The notes: generated by a model not told the origin, from the sequence alone. Shown: positions 1 to 10,603, counted from the stretch's first letter. The stretch is DNA of 36,468 nucleotides from a virus (IMGVR_UViG_3300032335_001107:1-36468); one strand, 5' to 3'. Numbers and translations are program-made.

Positions 1-14
1 GATTGACTCAAACC
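1..14 (+). repeat. Left terminal direct repeat GATTGACTCAAACC (candidate cos cohesive end)
   Basis: Identical to 36455-36468; about 110 bp upstream of terS, as for lambda cosN. Confidence 0.8.
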
Positions 15-82
15 TGCTTTATTTTCTGACTGACAGCCCATTTTTCGGCACTTAGGACAATAAAATTATTTACTAAAAATTT

Positions 83-112
83 TTGACTTGTTTTAATAAG
101 TAAAATTATACT
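83..112 (+). promoter_or_regulatory. Sigma70-like promoter of the packaging/structural operon
   Basis: TTGACT (83-88), 18-nt spacer, TATACT (107-112); terS ATG at 124. Confidence 0.55.
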
Positions 113-123
113 CAAATAAAATA

Positions 124-669
124 ATGGCACTAATAAATAAATCTGCATTCGGTCGTAGAATTGGAAAAGATTCCAGAATTGTAAGACGACTTGCAACTGA
201 AAAAAGAATTAAAGAAAATGGGGATGGAATGATTGATACCGATCATCCACTCACCAAAAAATACTTAGAATCTATTAAAGAGACAAAAAAGAATACTAAG
301 ATTTTGGATATAGAAGAGAAAATAAATTCGTATGCCAGTCTCGAAGATCAAAAATTGCAGGCTGAAATACAATTAAAACAAGAACAAGCTTTGGCTGTAA
401 AAACAAAAAGGGCCCAATTACTTGGAATATTAATACCACGTATTTCGGTAGATCAAAAACTTTCTAAACTAGCGGAACAAATTTCCGCAAATATTTTAAC
501 GATACCAAGAAAAGGAACTTCGCAAAGCTTGGCAATTATTCAAGCGGAATTGGAAAAACAAAATATAGCATTCGACGTAAGACAAATCAAAGTAAAACTA
601 GAAACGGTTTGGAGAGAATTAGTATCCAAAGCATTGGAAAAAGCAAAGAATGGAGAATCGGATGATTGA
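124..669 (+). CDS. Terminase small subunit (Nu1-like)
   Basis: N-terminal wHTH-like segment (INKSAFGRRIG...GMIDTD), central coiled coil, overlaps the start of the GpA-type terminase. Confidence 0.8.
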   Translation: MALINKSAFGRRIGKDSRIVRRLATEKRIKENGDGMIDTDHPLTKKYLESIKETKKNTKILDIEEKINSYASLEDQKLQAEIQLKQEQALAVKTKRAQLLGILIPRISVDQKLSKLAEQISANILTIPRKGTSQSLAIIQAELEKQNIAFDVRQIKVKLETVWRELVSKALEKAKNGESDD

Positions 670-2569
670 ACTTTCTGAAATTGTAGATTTGGATTGGATT
701 TCTAAGTCTGAAAAATCAATCTTTAATCGTATAACAAAATTTATTCCAACTAAAACGACATCGGTTAAACCTTCCGAGTGGGCTGAAAATAAACGTAGTA
801 TGCCAGTAGGAACAACCGATATGCCGGGACAATTTTCATGGACACCTACTCCGTATTTCAAAGAAATTATAGATAACTTTTCAGAATCATCAAATATAGA
901 AAGTATTGCAATACTTAAAGGTGCCCAGATTGGTTACAATGTTGGATTGCTTGAAAATTTGATTGGATGGATTATTGATGAATCTCCCGGACCAAGTATT
1001 TTTACAAGTGGAGATCAGACAATGGCTGAAAATAATATGGAATTGAGAATTGATAAAATGATTCAATCGGCAAATATTAGTGACAAAATTTTTGCACAAG
1101 CTGACAATTTCCAAAATAAAAAAACAGGTAATACAAAATCAAAGAAAGAATTTCTCGGAGGGTTTTTATTGGCTATTGGTCCCAACTCAGGATCCAAACT
1201 TAGAAACGTATCAATTAGATATGGATTGTTTGACGAGATCGACGCAAGTTTTGGAGAAATAAAAAAAGAAGGTGACTTTCTTGATATTATTGAAAGACGA
1301 TTTGACGCATTCGAAGACACAAGAAAAAAAATCTACGGATCTACACCAACCGAATTAGAATCGTCAAGGATTTACAGATTATACCAACTAGGGGACCAAA
1401 GAAAGTATCACGTTCCCTGTAAAAAATGTAAAAAACTACAAGTTTTAAGTTTTTATCCCGATGAAAATGGTCGAGGTGGAATACATTACGAAAAAAAAGA
1501 TGGGAAATTTATCAGGGAATCGGTTCATTATCGCTGCATTTACTGTGATTCAAAATGGAAAAATTCAGATAAAACTTTTTTTTTAGATCCTAAAAATGGT
1601 GCAAAATGGATTCCAACAGCAAAAAGCCAAAAAGAAAATCACGTGTCATACTATTTGCCGTCATGGTATGCAGGTATTGGATTAAGAACATGGGAGTCAA
1701 TTTGCGAAGAATGGATTCTAAGCGAAGGTAATTTTTCTAAACTTAAAGTATTCCAAAATACTGTTATTGGAATGCCATGGGAAAATAGAAAAAATGCAAT
1801 TGCCTACGAAAAAGTCATGCTTAGAAAAGGCGGCTATGATTCCAGGCATTTACCAAACGATGTAAAACCATTATTGATTACTTGTGGGGTTGACATACAG
1901 GCGGATAGAATTGAACTGGAAGTGGTAGCTTGGCTAAGAAATTTTGAAAGTTATTCAATAGAATACAGGGTTTTTTTGGGAGATACAAGTCAAATTGAAA
2001 ATTCTCCCTATTCAGATTTGACTGAATTTTTGTATTCCGATTACAATGGATCTATAATTGATTTATGTTTTATTGATTCCGGGTATAGACAGGATATAAT
2101 TTACCAATTTGTATCTCAGTTTTCAGGCGGAGTTTTTGCGATACAAGGAGACTCGGTATCAAGTAGAAAAGGAAAAGGGCCAGTTTTTCGAACTTCGTTT
2201 TTATCGTCTTACGGAATTGAAAGAGTGGATTTATTCACGGACATACTAAAACAAGAATTTTATGGATATGTCCAAAAATCTTTGGGAGATGGTGGCGAAA
2301 TACCTAGGGGATATTGTCATTTCCCTAGCGATTATACAGATAAAATTTTTAAAATGTATCTTAGCGAAAACAGAGTGCCAGAAATAACTAAGGGCGGAAC
2401 GACCGTATATCGTTGGAAAAAAATACATGAAAGAAACGAGGCTTTAGACTGTAGAGTTTATGCAATGGGTGCAGTTTATTATATAGCGTGGGCATATGCT
2501 CAAAATAATGGATTGGAATACATTGAATGGAATGAATTTTGGAATAGTCTAGAGAATGAAGAGGTATAA
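650..2569 (+). CDS. Terminase large subunit, lambda GpA family
   Basis: PSEWAE motif, Walker A-like KGAQIGYN, Walker B GLFDEID, GSTPT, CxxC pairs, nuclease motifs GVDIQ, IDSGY and RNEALDC. Confidence 0.95.
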   Translation: MENRMIELSEIVDLDWISKSEKSIFNRITKFIPTKTTSVKPSEWAENKRSMPVGTTDMPGQFSWTPTPYFKEIIDNFSESSNIESIAILKGAQIGYNVGLLENLIGWIIDESPGPSIFTSGDQTMAENNMELRIDKMIQSANISDKIFAQADNFQNKKTGNTKSKKEFLGGFLLAIGPNSGSKLRNVSIRYGLFDEIDASFGEIKKEGDFLDIIERRFDAFEDTRKKIYGSTPTELESSRIYRLYQLGDQRKYHVPCKKCKKLQVLSFYPDENGRGGIHYEKKDGKFIRESVHYRCIYCDSKWKNSDKTFFLDPKNGAKWIPTAKSQKENHVSYYLPSWYAGIGLRTWESICEEWILSEGNFSKLKVFQNTVIGMPWENRKNAIAYEKVMLRKGGYDSRHLPNDVKPLLITCGVDIQADRIELEVVAWLRNFESYSIEYRVFLGDTSQIENSPYSDLTEFLYSDYNGSIIDLCFIDSGYRQDIIYQFVSQFSGGVFAIQGDSVSSRKGKGPVFRTSFLSSYGIERVDLFTDILKQEFYGYVQKSLGDGGEIPRGYCHFPSDYTDKIFKMYLSENRVPEITKGGTTVYRWKKIHERNEALDCRVYAMGAVYYIAWAYAQNNGLEYIEWNEFWNSLENEEV

Positions 2570-2612
2570 AAAAATACTTGACAAAATAAAAAATACAATT
2601 AGAAAGTATTTC

Positions 2613-2852
2613 ATGTCCATAGAATCGGAAAAACAGGCTCTTAGAAATCGTATTTCAGCAATAAATACTATACTATCCGACGTTAATTATTTGAAAACCG
2701 AATCTTATACTTTGAATACTGGACAAGGAAGTCAATCAGCGAAATACAGATCATTGAAAGATTTACGTATGGAATTGGATGAATTAGAGGCTGAATTAGC
2801 AAACTTGGAAGGAAATGGATTGTTATCGGTGGATTTTGTAAGACAATATTAG
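2613..2852 (+). CDS. Head-tail joining protein (gpW-like); start probably 2613 rather than 2556
   Basis: Between terminase and portal; ESYTLNTGQGSQSAKYRSLKDLR followed by a helical C-terminus, typical of gpW-like proteins. Confidence 0.7.
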   Translation: MSIESEKQALRNRISAINTILSDVNYLKTESYTLNTGQGSQSAKYRSLKDLRMELDELEAELANLEGNGLLSVDFVRQY

Positions 2853-2853
2853 T

Positions 2854-4452
2854 ATGGGATTAATTGACAGATTCAAAAAATACATAAAAAAACAAGATTC
2901 CATCAATGGAATAATACCTTATGGCGGAGATCGTCCGAATCTTAAAGGCGTATCTCAGATAGGATATTTTCAAAATGGCTACGTTTATGGATGGTTTGGT
3001 CAAAAATATTCCGATGGATTGCCATTTACTACCACAATTTTCAAGAATTATAAAGAATTAAGAAATCAGGCTCGTAAATCTCATTTAGAATCGACTGAAA
3101 CAAGATCGATTGTAGGACGTATTGCAGACTTAGCAATTCATACAGGCTTAAGAATGCAATCGACTCCGGAATGGTATTTGATTGATCCGAATGATGAATT
3201 GACAAATGAAGACCGTAGGAAATTTACAAAAAACATCGAAGCTCGATGGAAATTGTATTTCGAATCCAAGGAATGTGATTCAACAGGTCAATGGGCAGGC
3301 GGACAAGTTCAGCATTTCGTAAAAACTAGAATGATTGTTGACGGGGAAGTTTTAGCAGTCATACGAAAAGATGAATCTTCAAATCGTATGTCACCTATTA
3401 CATTACAATTTTATAATGTTGACCAATTGGGATCGGCTTCGGATGATGATTTGTATTCCGTAACACAAAGAAAAAATTTCTACAAAGACGGGATTGAATA
3501 TGATAGCCAAGGAAAAACCGTAGCGTATTTTATTTCGGGCGTAAGGGTTCCGAAGTATTCACCAAGTGGAGATTTATGGGTAATACATTATTTCGAGAGA
3601 GAAGAACCCGGACAAATGCGAGGTATTTCAAGATTATCTCCAATTTTGCATGATCTCTCAAAATTAACAAGTTACAAAGTAGCAGAATTACAAGCGGCTG
3701 TTATGAATGCCAGTATTGCAGCGTGGGTTAAACCTGGTAACGCTCCAAGCTCTCGACCATTGATGGGTATTGCAAGAAAAGCAGAATTTCAATCTATAGA
3801 TTTAGCAGTAGATCAAACTATAAAACAAGCACAATTGACTCAACCAGGTATTTTTGTTCAAAACTTAAAAGCCAACGAAGAATTAATTTCGTATGATACA
3901 AAAAGACCAAACGTAAATTTTGATTTGTTCGTAAAATCAATGATGAAATATTTGGGCGGATCAATGGGAATGCCTGTCGAGGTTATAGAATTAACATTTA
4001 ATCAAAACTATTCTGCATCACGTGCAACTTTAATACTAGCATGGCGAATGTTAGAAATTGAAAGAGAAAAAGACAATAACGGTTTTAATAGACCATGGTT
4101 TGAATCTTGGTTTATGGAAGAAGTTCGCAAGGGAAATATTATTGCAAACGGTTTAGAATCTCCCGTAATACGAAACGCATGGATTAAAACCGACTGGGTA
4201 GGTATTGCAAAACCTGACATTGATCCAAATAAAACAGCTATGGCAAGAAAACAAAATATAGATTTAGGTCTTACAACTCACGAAAGAGAATCCTTAGATC
4301 ATAACGGAACAGAATTTGATGAAAACATAGCTTTATTAGAAGACGAAAATATAAAACTAGCAAAGGTAAATATTCCAATGAATGCCGACATACAAAATGC
4401 TGAAATACAATCCGATGGAAATACAGATAGTGCGACAACTGCAAACAATTAA
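2854..4452 (+). CDS. Portal protein, lambda family
   Basis: 532 aa; DGEV, DGIEYD, PGQMRGIS, NYSASRA, IDPNK motifs. Confidence 0.95.
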   Translation: MGLIDRFKKYIKKQDSINGIIPYGGDRPNLKGVSQIGYFQNGYVYGWFGQKYSDGLPFTTTIFKNYKELRNQARKSHLESTETRSIVGRIADLAIHTGLRMQSTPEWYLIDPNDELTNEDRRKFTKNIEARWKLYFESKECDSTGQWAGGQVQHFVKTRMIVDGEVLAVIRKDESSNRMSPITLQFYNVDQLGSASDDDLYSVTQRKNFYKDGIEYDSQGKTVAYFISGVRVPKYSPSGDLWVIHYFEREEPGQMRGISRLSPILHDLSKLTSYKVAELQAAVMNASIAAWVKPGNAPSSRPLMGIARKAEFQSIDLAVDQTIKQAQLTQPGIFVQNLKANEELISYDTKRPNVNFDLFVKSMMKYLGGSMGMPVEVIELTFNQNYSASRATLILAWRMLEIEREKDNNGFNRPWFESWFMEEVRKGNIIANGLESPVIRNAWIKTDWVGIAKPDIDPNKTAMARKQNIDLGLTTHERESLDHNGTEFDENIALLEDENIKLAKVNIPMNADIQNAEIQSDGNTDSATTANN

Positions 4453-4517
4453 TTTTATTAGCAATATCACAGAAAAAAATATTGACAGGACTTGAAAAAT
4501 AAACAAGATAAAAAAAT

Positions 4518-5711
4518 ATGGATATGTTTTTTCTTATGAATAGCCTAGAAGTTCAAAAATACAATAAAGATTTAGAGAATTTCAATAAAAATCAAGGGAA
4601 TTTTAATCCCGAAAACAAAATATCCATGTCCGTATCTCAGATAGATTCTCCAAAAAAATTATATGAAGTGGATAAGGACGGCGTAGCACACGCACAAATT
4701 AAAGGCGTATTATCTAATAAAGTATCAATGTTTGATAAAATTTTTGGATATGCACCTACATTGACATACCAAGAAATTGTCGATATGGCTGACCAAGTAG
4801 ATTCCGATCCTAGAGTAAAAGAATTAGTCATACATGCCGATTCTCCCGGTGGCTATTCAATGGGATCGGATGACGCAAGTGTCGCAATAAGTCTTATTAA
4901 TAAACCAGTAACTACTTTGATAGAAGGTCAATTAGCATCGGCTGCGTACTACGTGACGGCTGGATCTGATAAAATAATAGCAACTAGCGAACAAAACCAA
5001 ATCGGATCAATCGGAACGGTAGTAACTATTCCGATAGATGTTGAAACTGTTAAAATTAGCTCTTCGGATGCTCCAAATAAATCTCCCGACGTAATGACCC
5101 CAGAGGGGAAAGCAGTCATACAAAAACAACTCGACGAAATACAAAGTTTATTCGTAAGACGTGTGGCGGAGGGAAGGGGTGTTTCAATTCAAAAAGTTCA
5201 ATCCGATTACGGGCAAGGTGGGGTTTTTCTTGCAAGACAAGCTCTCTCTGCTGGGATGATTGACGAAATACGCACGCTAGAAGACAGGAAAAAACCAATA
5301 CAAGTATCACAATCGCAATCCATCCACTCTGCAAAAACAGAGAATAATTATGACAAGGGGAAGAAAATGGATTTAGAAAAATTAAAATCAGAGTACCCCG
5401 CAGTTTTTGCGGAGGCTTTACAGATCGGCGTAAGACAGGAAAGAGAAAGAGTAAATTCTTTAAAATCTTTTGCTGAAGCTGACAAAGAAAATCAAAAAGT
5501 AAAAGAAATCGTAGAAGAAGCAATTCAAAACGGTAGTTCTTTTGAATCAATCCAAGCTAAATTAATTGTGGCTATGCGAGATTACAAAGTGTCTAACAAG
5601 GCTCCCGAAATTCCTGTCAATCCTATTGATCCGATCGAAGGTAAACAAGAATCTAATTCCGAAGAAATTGACAAAGCATTTTCCAAAATGTTTTCTAGAG
5701 GTAAAAAATAA
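4518..5711 (+). CDS. Head maturation protease, S49/SppA family (lambda gpC-like), with C-terminal scaffold region
   Basis: DSPGG, ASAAYY, IGSIG, FVRRVAEGRG, AGMIDEI motifs; follows portal. Confidence 0.92.
   Translation: MDMFFLMNSLEVQKYNKDLENFNKNQGNFNPENKISMSVSQIDSPKKLYEVDKDGVAHAQIKGVLSNKVSMFDKIFGYAPTLTYQEIVDMADQVDSDPRVKELVIHADSPGGYSMGSDDASVAISLINKPVTTLIEGQLASAAYYVTAGSDKIIATSEQNQIGSIGTVVTIPIDVETVKISSSDAPNKSPDVMTPEGKAVIQKQLDEIQSLFVRRVAEGRGVSIQKVQSDYGQGGVFLARQALSAGMIDEIRTLEDRKKPIQVSQSQSIHSAKTENNYDKGKKMDLEKLKSEYPAVFAEALQIGVRQERERVNSLKSFAEADKENQKVKEIVEEAIQNGSSFESIQAKLIVAMRDYKVSNKAPEIPVNPIDPIEGKQESNSEEIDKAFSKMFSRGKK
5367..5711 (+). CDS. Nested in-frame scaffolding protein (Nu3-like), 114 aa
   Basis: Internal ATG (MDLEKLKSEYP...ERERV) in the protease frame, preceded by SD-like AAGGGG at 5355-5360, after a low-complexity linker. 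Confidence 0.6.
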   Translation: MDLEKLKSEYPAVFAEALQIGVRQERERVNSLKSFAEADKENQKVKEIVEEAIQNGSSFESIQAKLIVAMRDYKVSNKAPEIPVNPIDPIEGKQESNSEEIDKAFSKMFSRGKK

Positions 5712-5713
5712 TT

Positions 5714-6427
5714 ATGGCAAATCCAGTAATAACTAATATTAATAATCGTGCAAATATCCTAGGGCCATTTACAAAGAAAATTGAAAAAACAATTTTGCAA
5801 GATGCAAGTGGTGTAATACCAAGTGGTGCAGTGATGGGAATTATTTCCGTTGGTGCAATTACGGCGGCGGCTAAATCAGGTGGTAATACAGGAAATGGTA
5901 CTTGCACTGTATTAACTGTAAAAGATGGTGCAAAAGCTGGGGTTTATACAGTAAGAATGATTCGAGTAGGAACGCATATTTTTGATTTTGAAGTTAAAAA
6001 TCCTAACGGCGATCAAATTGGATTTGGAACATCAGAAGGTACAGGTGCAACTGTTGTATTTTCAAAAGAAATTCAATTTACTTTGACAGACGGATCAACT
6101 GATTTTATCAAAGGTGATGGATTTGATATTACAGTAGCGGCTGGATCTGGAAAACTAAAAAGATGTGATTCAACTGCGGTCGACGGTTCTCAGTATCCTA
6201 AATATATATTGGTAGAAGCAACCGATGCAACAGCAGCGGACGTAACACGAGAAGTAGTTTATTCTACAAATGTAAGAGAAGATTTCTTGGTATTCACAGG
6301 ATCAGAAACTTTAGCTACTAACGTAGACGGAAATAATTTTAGGTATCACTTAGCACATACAAGCGGTGATTCAGGTGGGATATTATGTATCTCAGGAACA
6401 AGTTTAACTGCATACGATAACCAATAG
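5714..6427 (+). CDS. Head decoration protein (gpD-like with inserted beta domain)
   Basis: Between protease and capsid; GAVMG...AVDGSQYPKYIL; insert GGNTGNGT...TDGSTDFIKGDGFDITV. Confidence 0.8.
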   Translation: MANPVITNINNRANILGPFTKKIEKTILQDASGVIPSGAVMGIISVGAITAAAKSGGNTGNGTCTVLTVKDGAKAGVYTVRMIRVGTHIFDFEVKNPNGDQIGFGTSEGTGATVVFSKEIQFTLTDGSTDFIKGDGFDITVAAGSGKLKRCDSTAVDGSQYPKYILVEATDATAADVTREVVYSTNVREDFLVFTGSETLATNVDGNNFRYHLAHTSGDSGGILCISGTSLTAYDNQ

Positions 6428-6439
6428 GAGATAAAATAA

Positions 6440-7507
6440 ATGTCAGACATATTTCAAAGAGCAATGCTTGAAGCTTACGAAGAAGGGGTTTCGAGCGATC
6501 CAGAGCAATATTTTCTTTCTAATTTATTTAGAGAAGAAGTTATATCTCCCGTTGACGAAATCGAATTAGATGTAGTACGAGGATCAAGAAGATTAGCTGC
6601 GGACGTAACAAGAGGCGGTGGTGTAGGAAATACAAATTATGTAAATCAATATACCAACAAGTCATACAAAGTTCCGTTATACTGGGAACAAACTCCAATT
6701 ACAGCATCAATGTTAAGCAAAAGAGTGCCTGGAATGGATGCTTTCCGATCTCCATCTATGAGCGAAGCAGCTAAAATTGGGTATCACGTAGGACGGGCTC
6801 AATCCGAACAAGTAAAGAAAATCAAAAGAGCAATTGAATTACAGGCTGCACAAGCTTTACAAACTGGAATTGTAACACTAAAAAACGCTGATAACATTGA
6901 TTTTCATAAAGATGCAACTCTTAACAATGTGCCAGCAGTAAAATGGGACAATGCAAACGGTCTTCCAATTGATGACATTGAAGCTTTAGCAGTAGAAATT
7001 TTTCAGAAAGGAAAAATTAAACCAAACACTGCTATTTTTTCACAAAATGCATGGGTAGCTTTTAGAAAAAATACAAGTGTTCAATCCTTTTTTGACAAAA
7101 GATTTATTGAACCAGGTATTTTAAGACCCGAAGAAACCGTGCTTGGTGCAACTTTACAAGGTCGTATCTCGATTGGTGACTTTATGCTAAACCTTTATAC
7201 CTACAATGGATTTTACGAAAATTCAAGTGGTACTAATGTGTCATACATGAATACAGAAACCGTAATTGTTATGAATTCACTTGCACAACTTGCAAAGGGA
7301 TATGGTGCTACCGAAGTATTAGTGGAATCCAGAGAAGACTACAGAAATTTAGGTTTACCCGAATTACCTGAATTTGTAGCGGGTGCTTATGTGCCATTTT
7401 ACTATACAATGTATCCATCTACTATGTATGCAGGTGTTCAATCGGCTCCAATTGTAATACCAAAGGCAATTGATACAATCGGAACAATTACCGACTGTCT
7501 TACATAA
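6440..7507 (+). CDS. Major capsid protein, lambda gpE family
   Basis: 355 aa; IELD...RRLA, IKRAIELQAAQALQTG, NIDF, KWD, LYTYNGFY, QSAP; SD GGAG upstream. Confidence 0.92.
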   Translation: MSDIFQRAMLEAYEEGVSSDPEQYFLSNLFREEVISPVDEIELDVVRGSRRLAADVTRGGGVGNTNYVNQYTNKSYKVPLYWEQTPITASMLSKRVPGMDAFRSPSMSEAAKIGYHVGRAQSEQVKKIKRAIELQAAQALQTGIVTLKNADNIDFHKDATLNNVPAVKWDNANGLPIDDIEALAVEIFQKGKIKPNTAIFSQNAWVAFRKNTSVQSFFDKRFIEPGILRPEETVLGATLQGRISIGDFMLNLYTYNGFYENSSGTNVSYMNTETVIVMNSLAQLAKGYGATEVLVESREDYRNLGLPELPEFVAGAYVPFYYTMYPSTMYAGVQSAPIVIPKAIDTIGTITDCLT

Positions 7508-7516
7508 GGTTTTGAT

Positions 7517-7762
7517 ATGAAATACATATTGAAAGGATGTTTTTCGGCAAGAGGTTTTGAAAGAATCAAAGACGGGGAGGTAATCCCCGTTGGATGGTTT
7601 GACGAAATTACAATGGAAAAAATGATTAAAAAAGGTACGATTGTAGTAATACAATCAGATCAAGAAAAGCAAGAAATCAATGAAGAAATTGAAACTGAAA
7701 TGGAAATTGAATTAAAAGATGAAATATTCGAGAACAAGAAAAAAGGAATAAAAAGAAAATAA
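7517..7762 (+). CDS. Small head-module protein (position of lambda gpFI)
   Basis: Directly after capsid; acidic then basic C-terminus; synteny only. Confidence 0.5.
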   Translation: MKYILKGCFSARGFERIKDGEVIPVGWFDEITMEKMIKKGTIVVIQSDQEKQEINEEIETEMEIELKDEIFENKKKGIKRK

Positions 7763-8152
7763 ATGCCAGGTGGTATACTTACATTAGCAGAAAGCGATCT
7801 TTCAACTTCCTTAGAATCGGATTTTGGAAGACTTGTAAGTATCACATTTCAATCGGGCATTAAAAATGTTTACGGTCAAGTGAATAGAATTAACGCTTTG
7901 ACAGATCCACAGACTGGAATAATGGTAAATATTCCTAGAATTTCGGTTACGGTTCGTATTTTAAGTTTGCAAAGTGAAAATTTAATTAACAATTTAGATG
8001 TATCGACAACAGATATTACAGGCGATACAATTACTGGGAAAGTAGTAAACGTAAAACCAGATTTAACACTAGGATTTATTACTTTTGAAATAAGCGAAAA
8101 GAAAATTAACCAAACTAAGATTGATTTAAAGTATGCCGGCTCCTCAGTTTAA
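7763..8152 (+). CDS. Putative head-closure/head-tail adaptor (gpFII-like)
   Basis: Beta-rich 129 aa in the neck position. Confidence 0.55.
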   Translation: MPGGILTLAESDLSTSLESDFGRLVSITFQSGIKNVYGQVNRINALTDPQTGIMVNIPRISVTVRILSLQSENLINNLDVSTTDITGDTITGKVVNVKPDLTLGFITFEISEKKINQTKIDLKYAGSSV

Positions 8153-8723
8153 TATTGGATCGTATCACTATTTTTATAAAATATTGATTGCTACTTTAAA
8201 GTCATACGCAACAGCACAAGGGATATTAGATCCTGAATTAGGGTTTAAAGTTTTTGAGTCATACAGAGATTTTGGAATACAGGATTTACCTTTAGTTAAT
8301 GTTTATCCTCCTAGTCTCAATAATATTGACGGTCGTAGTACGTCAAGAAATAGATGGGTTTATGCTTGCGAATTTGAATTGGATCTTGTAACACAAGGAT
8401 ATGAATATAAAGAAGGTGTTAGTATTTATTCTGCGGATCAAAGAGCGGTTGAAAGATTACTTGTTTTACAACAGCAAGTTTTAAATGCTATTTATGCATT
8501 ACAACAGGCTGATTTTGGTTTTGATTCGGGCGAAATATCTCGTAAGACATTTCCAAGTATTCAGTCATACAATCAAATGAACCAACAGCAAGAATCTATT
8601 TTAGTAGGAAGTAAAATGACTTTTTCTATGGAATTTGAATGGGTTCCAAGTGAAATACAAAGATCAGCATTGACAGATATAGTAATAACAGGCAATAAAT
8701 TGGCATTAAATTATGATTATTAG
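8133..8723 (+). CDS. Putative tail terminator/neck protein
   Basis: Immediately before sheath; DLPLVNVY resembles tail-terminator LPxxxV segments. Confidence 0.55.
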   Translation: MPAPQFNIGSYHYFYKILIATLKSYATAQGILDPELGFKVFESYRDFGIQDLPLVNVYPPSLNNIDGRSTSRNRWVYACEFELDLVTQGYEYKEGVSIYSADQRAVERLLVLQQQVLNAIYALQQADFGFDSGEISRKTFPSIQSYNQMNQQQESILVGSKMTFSMEFEWVPSEIQRSALTDIVITGNKLALNYDY

Positions 8724-8735
8724 GAGTAATACAAA

Positions 8736-10223
8736 ATGATAACTTTTGAAGGTATTTCAAGCAATTCCAGAGCATCTGGCGTATTCATTGAGGAAAAAAA
8801 TGTCCAAAGAAGTTTTGGAAATTTAGTAGCTCCGCAAGTAATACTTATTTTAGGTCAATATAATTCAGGTAAAACACCAACCGACAACATACCTGTAAGA
8901 ATTTACAATAAGGAAGAAGCTTGGGATAAATATGGAAGAGGATCATTACTTGCAAGATTATCTGAAAAAGTTTTTTTAGGGAATCAAGGACAAACCGAGG
9001 TATGGACTTGCCCAATTGCTGAGAATGCGGCTGGCGTAAAAACAACAGCAGAGGTAGATATATCAGGCACTGCAAGTGCGGTAGGTGTCTTAAGTATCAC
9101 AGTAGGCGATAGAATTATTAGTATTGCAGTGGCAAGTGGTGCTACGGCAACAGCTACGGCTACGGCTCTAGCGGCTGCAATAAATGCAGACTTAGATTGT
9201 ATGTTTACGGCAACTTCTTCAACTGGCGATGTAACACTAACATGCAGACATAAAGGTTTATTTGGAAATGATTATCAAGTATTTTTAAATCCAAGATCGA
9301 CCGATGCAACTCCAGCAGGTCTTACAATTTCTGTAACACAATCGGCAAACGGTACTACAAATCCATTGATTGCAACAGCTCTAGGAAATATGGGAGACAA
9401 GTTTTATACTGTAATCGTATCACCTTATGATGATGCTACAAATTTAGGAAGTTTAAATACTGTTGGTATTGCAAGAATTGCCCCAAGTGTAAAACGTCCA
9501 TTTATTTCTTTTGTAGGAATCAATAAAAACAAAGCGGATTATATTACAGCTCTCGGAAGTTTAAACAGTCAATTTATTTGCACAATACCTACTTTTGTAA
9601 CTCTCTATACACCAAGTTTTGAATTAGCGGCTGAAATTGCTGGCAACTTTGCAAGAATTCAATTGGCAACTCCTAACAGACCGGTAAAAGAAATTGCTAT
9701 AAGTGGAGTGTCATGCAAACAAAATTTTGTGAATTTTACTTATTCGGAAAAAAATGATATTGTTTTAGCGGGTGGATCTACATTTAAAATTAGCCCAGAA
9801 AATCAATTAATTATAGGCGATTTAGTAACTACTAGAACAACTAACGCATCTGGTGGTTTGGAAGAGGATTGGAGATTTGCGGAAACAATTTCCAATTTGC
9901 AAACTAAAATTTATTCTTTGGATCAACTTTTTAATGGTTCAAAATATCTACAGGCAATAGTTGTTGACGATGATAGTATCACAAATCTATCGTATGTCGT
10001 AAGACCAAAATCTGTAAAACAAGATATTATTAAATTGATTGATGAACTATGGATGCCATTGGCACTATCTAAGCAAAGAGACAATATTGTGGAAAACTTA
10101 GTAACAGAAATTAATTCTGAAAATCCGACTAGAATAGATTGTTTTATACCTGACATTCTAGCGGCTGGATTAAGAATTGTAGCAGTAAGATATGAATGGT
10201 CATACAGTGGAGGAAATAACTAA
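8736..10223 (+). CDS. Tail sheath protein (Mu gpL-like)
   Basis: ILILGQ, YGRGSLLA, VTLTCRHKGLFGND, PNRP, NPTRID motifs of Mu-like sheaths. Confidence 0.92.
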   Translation: MITFEGISSNSRASGVFIEEKNVQRSFGNLVAPQVILILGQYNSGKTPTDNIPVRIYNKEEAWDKYGRGSLLARLSEKVFLGNQGQTEVWTCPIAENAAGVKTTAEVDISGTASAVGVLSITVGDRIISIAVASGATATATATALAAAINADLDCMFTATSSTGDVTLTCRHKGLFGNDYQVFLNPRSTDATPAGLTISVTQSANGTTNPLIATALGNMGDKFYTVIVSPYDDATNLGSLNTVGIARIAPSVKRPFISFVGINKNKADYITALGSLNSQFICTIPTFVTLYTPSFELAAEIAGNFARIQLATPNRPVKEIAISGVSCKQNFVNFTYSEKNDIVLAGGSTFKISPENQLIIGDLVTTRTTNASGGLEEDWRFAETISNLQTKIYSLDQLFNGSKYLQAIVVDDDSITNLSYVVRPKSVKQDIIKLIDELWMPLALSKQRDNIVENLVTEINSENPTRIDCFIPDILAAGLRIVAVRYEWSYSGGNN

Positions 10224-10603
10224 TGGCGGCAAGAGGCGGAGACGTAAGACAATATTTAATTTCAGGTCGAGAATTTGACCCCGTTGGTGGATCATCCCCT
10301 ACTATAATTTTAGCAGGTTATATAAATGAAAACCTTCCTACTGGAAACGGGAAAATTCATACCATGGCAAAAAGAAAATTGGGTGGTTTTGACGGTGGTG
10401 TTATTTCTTTGGATGCGACTAGAAAAGATCAAGAATTTATTCAAAATCTTATCAATGGTCAAAATGCTTTTAATGTCTCCGTAACACTGGCAAGTGGTAA
10501 GACATATTCGGGATCTGGAAAAATAGAAGGTGATGCAAATTTTAATTCTAACGATGGTCAATTTGAATTTTCTTTTAGAAGCGAAAGATTTGAGCAAATA
10601 TAA
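10223..10603 (+). CDS. Tail tube protein
   Basis: 126 aa directly after sheath; VTLASGKTYSGSG...DGQFEFSF. Confidence 0.8.
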   Translation: MAARGGDVRQYLISGREFDPVGGSSPTIILAGYINENLPTGNGKIHTMAKRKLGGFDGGVISLDATRKDQEFIQNLINGQNAFNVSVTLASGKTYSGSGKIEGDANFNSNDGQFEFSFRSERFEQI

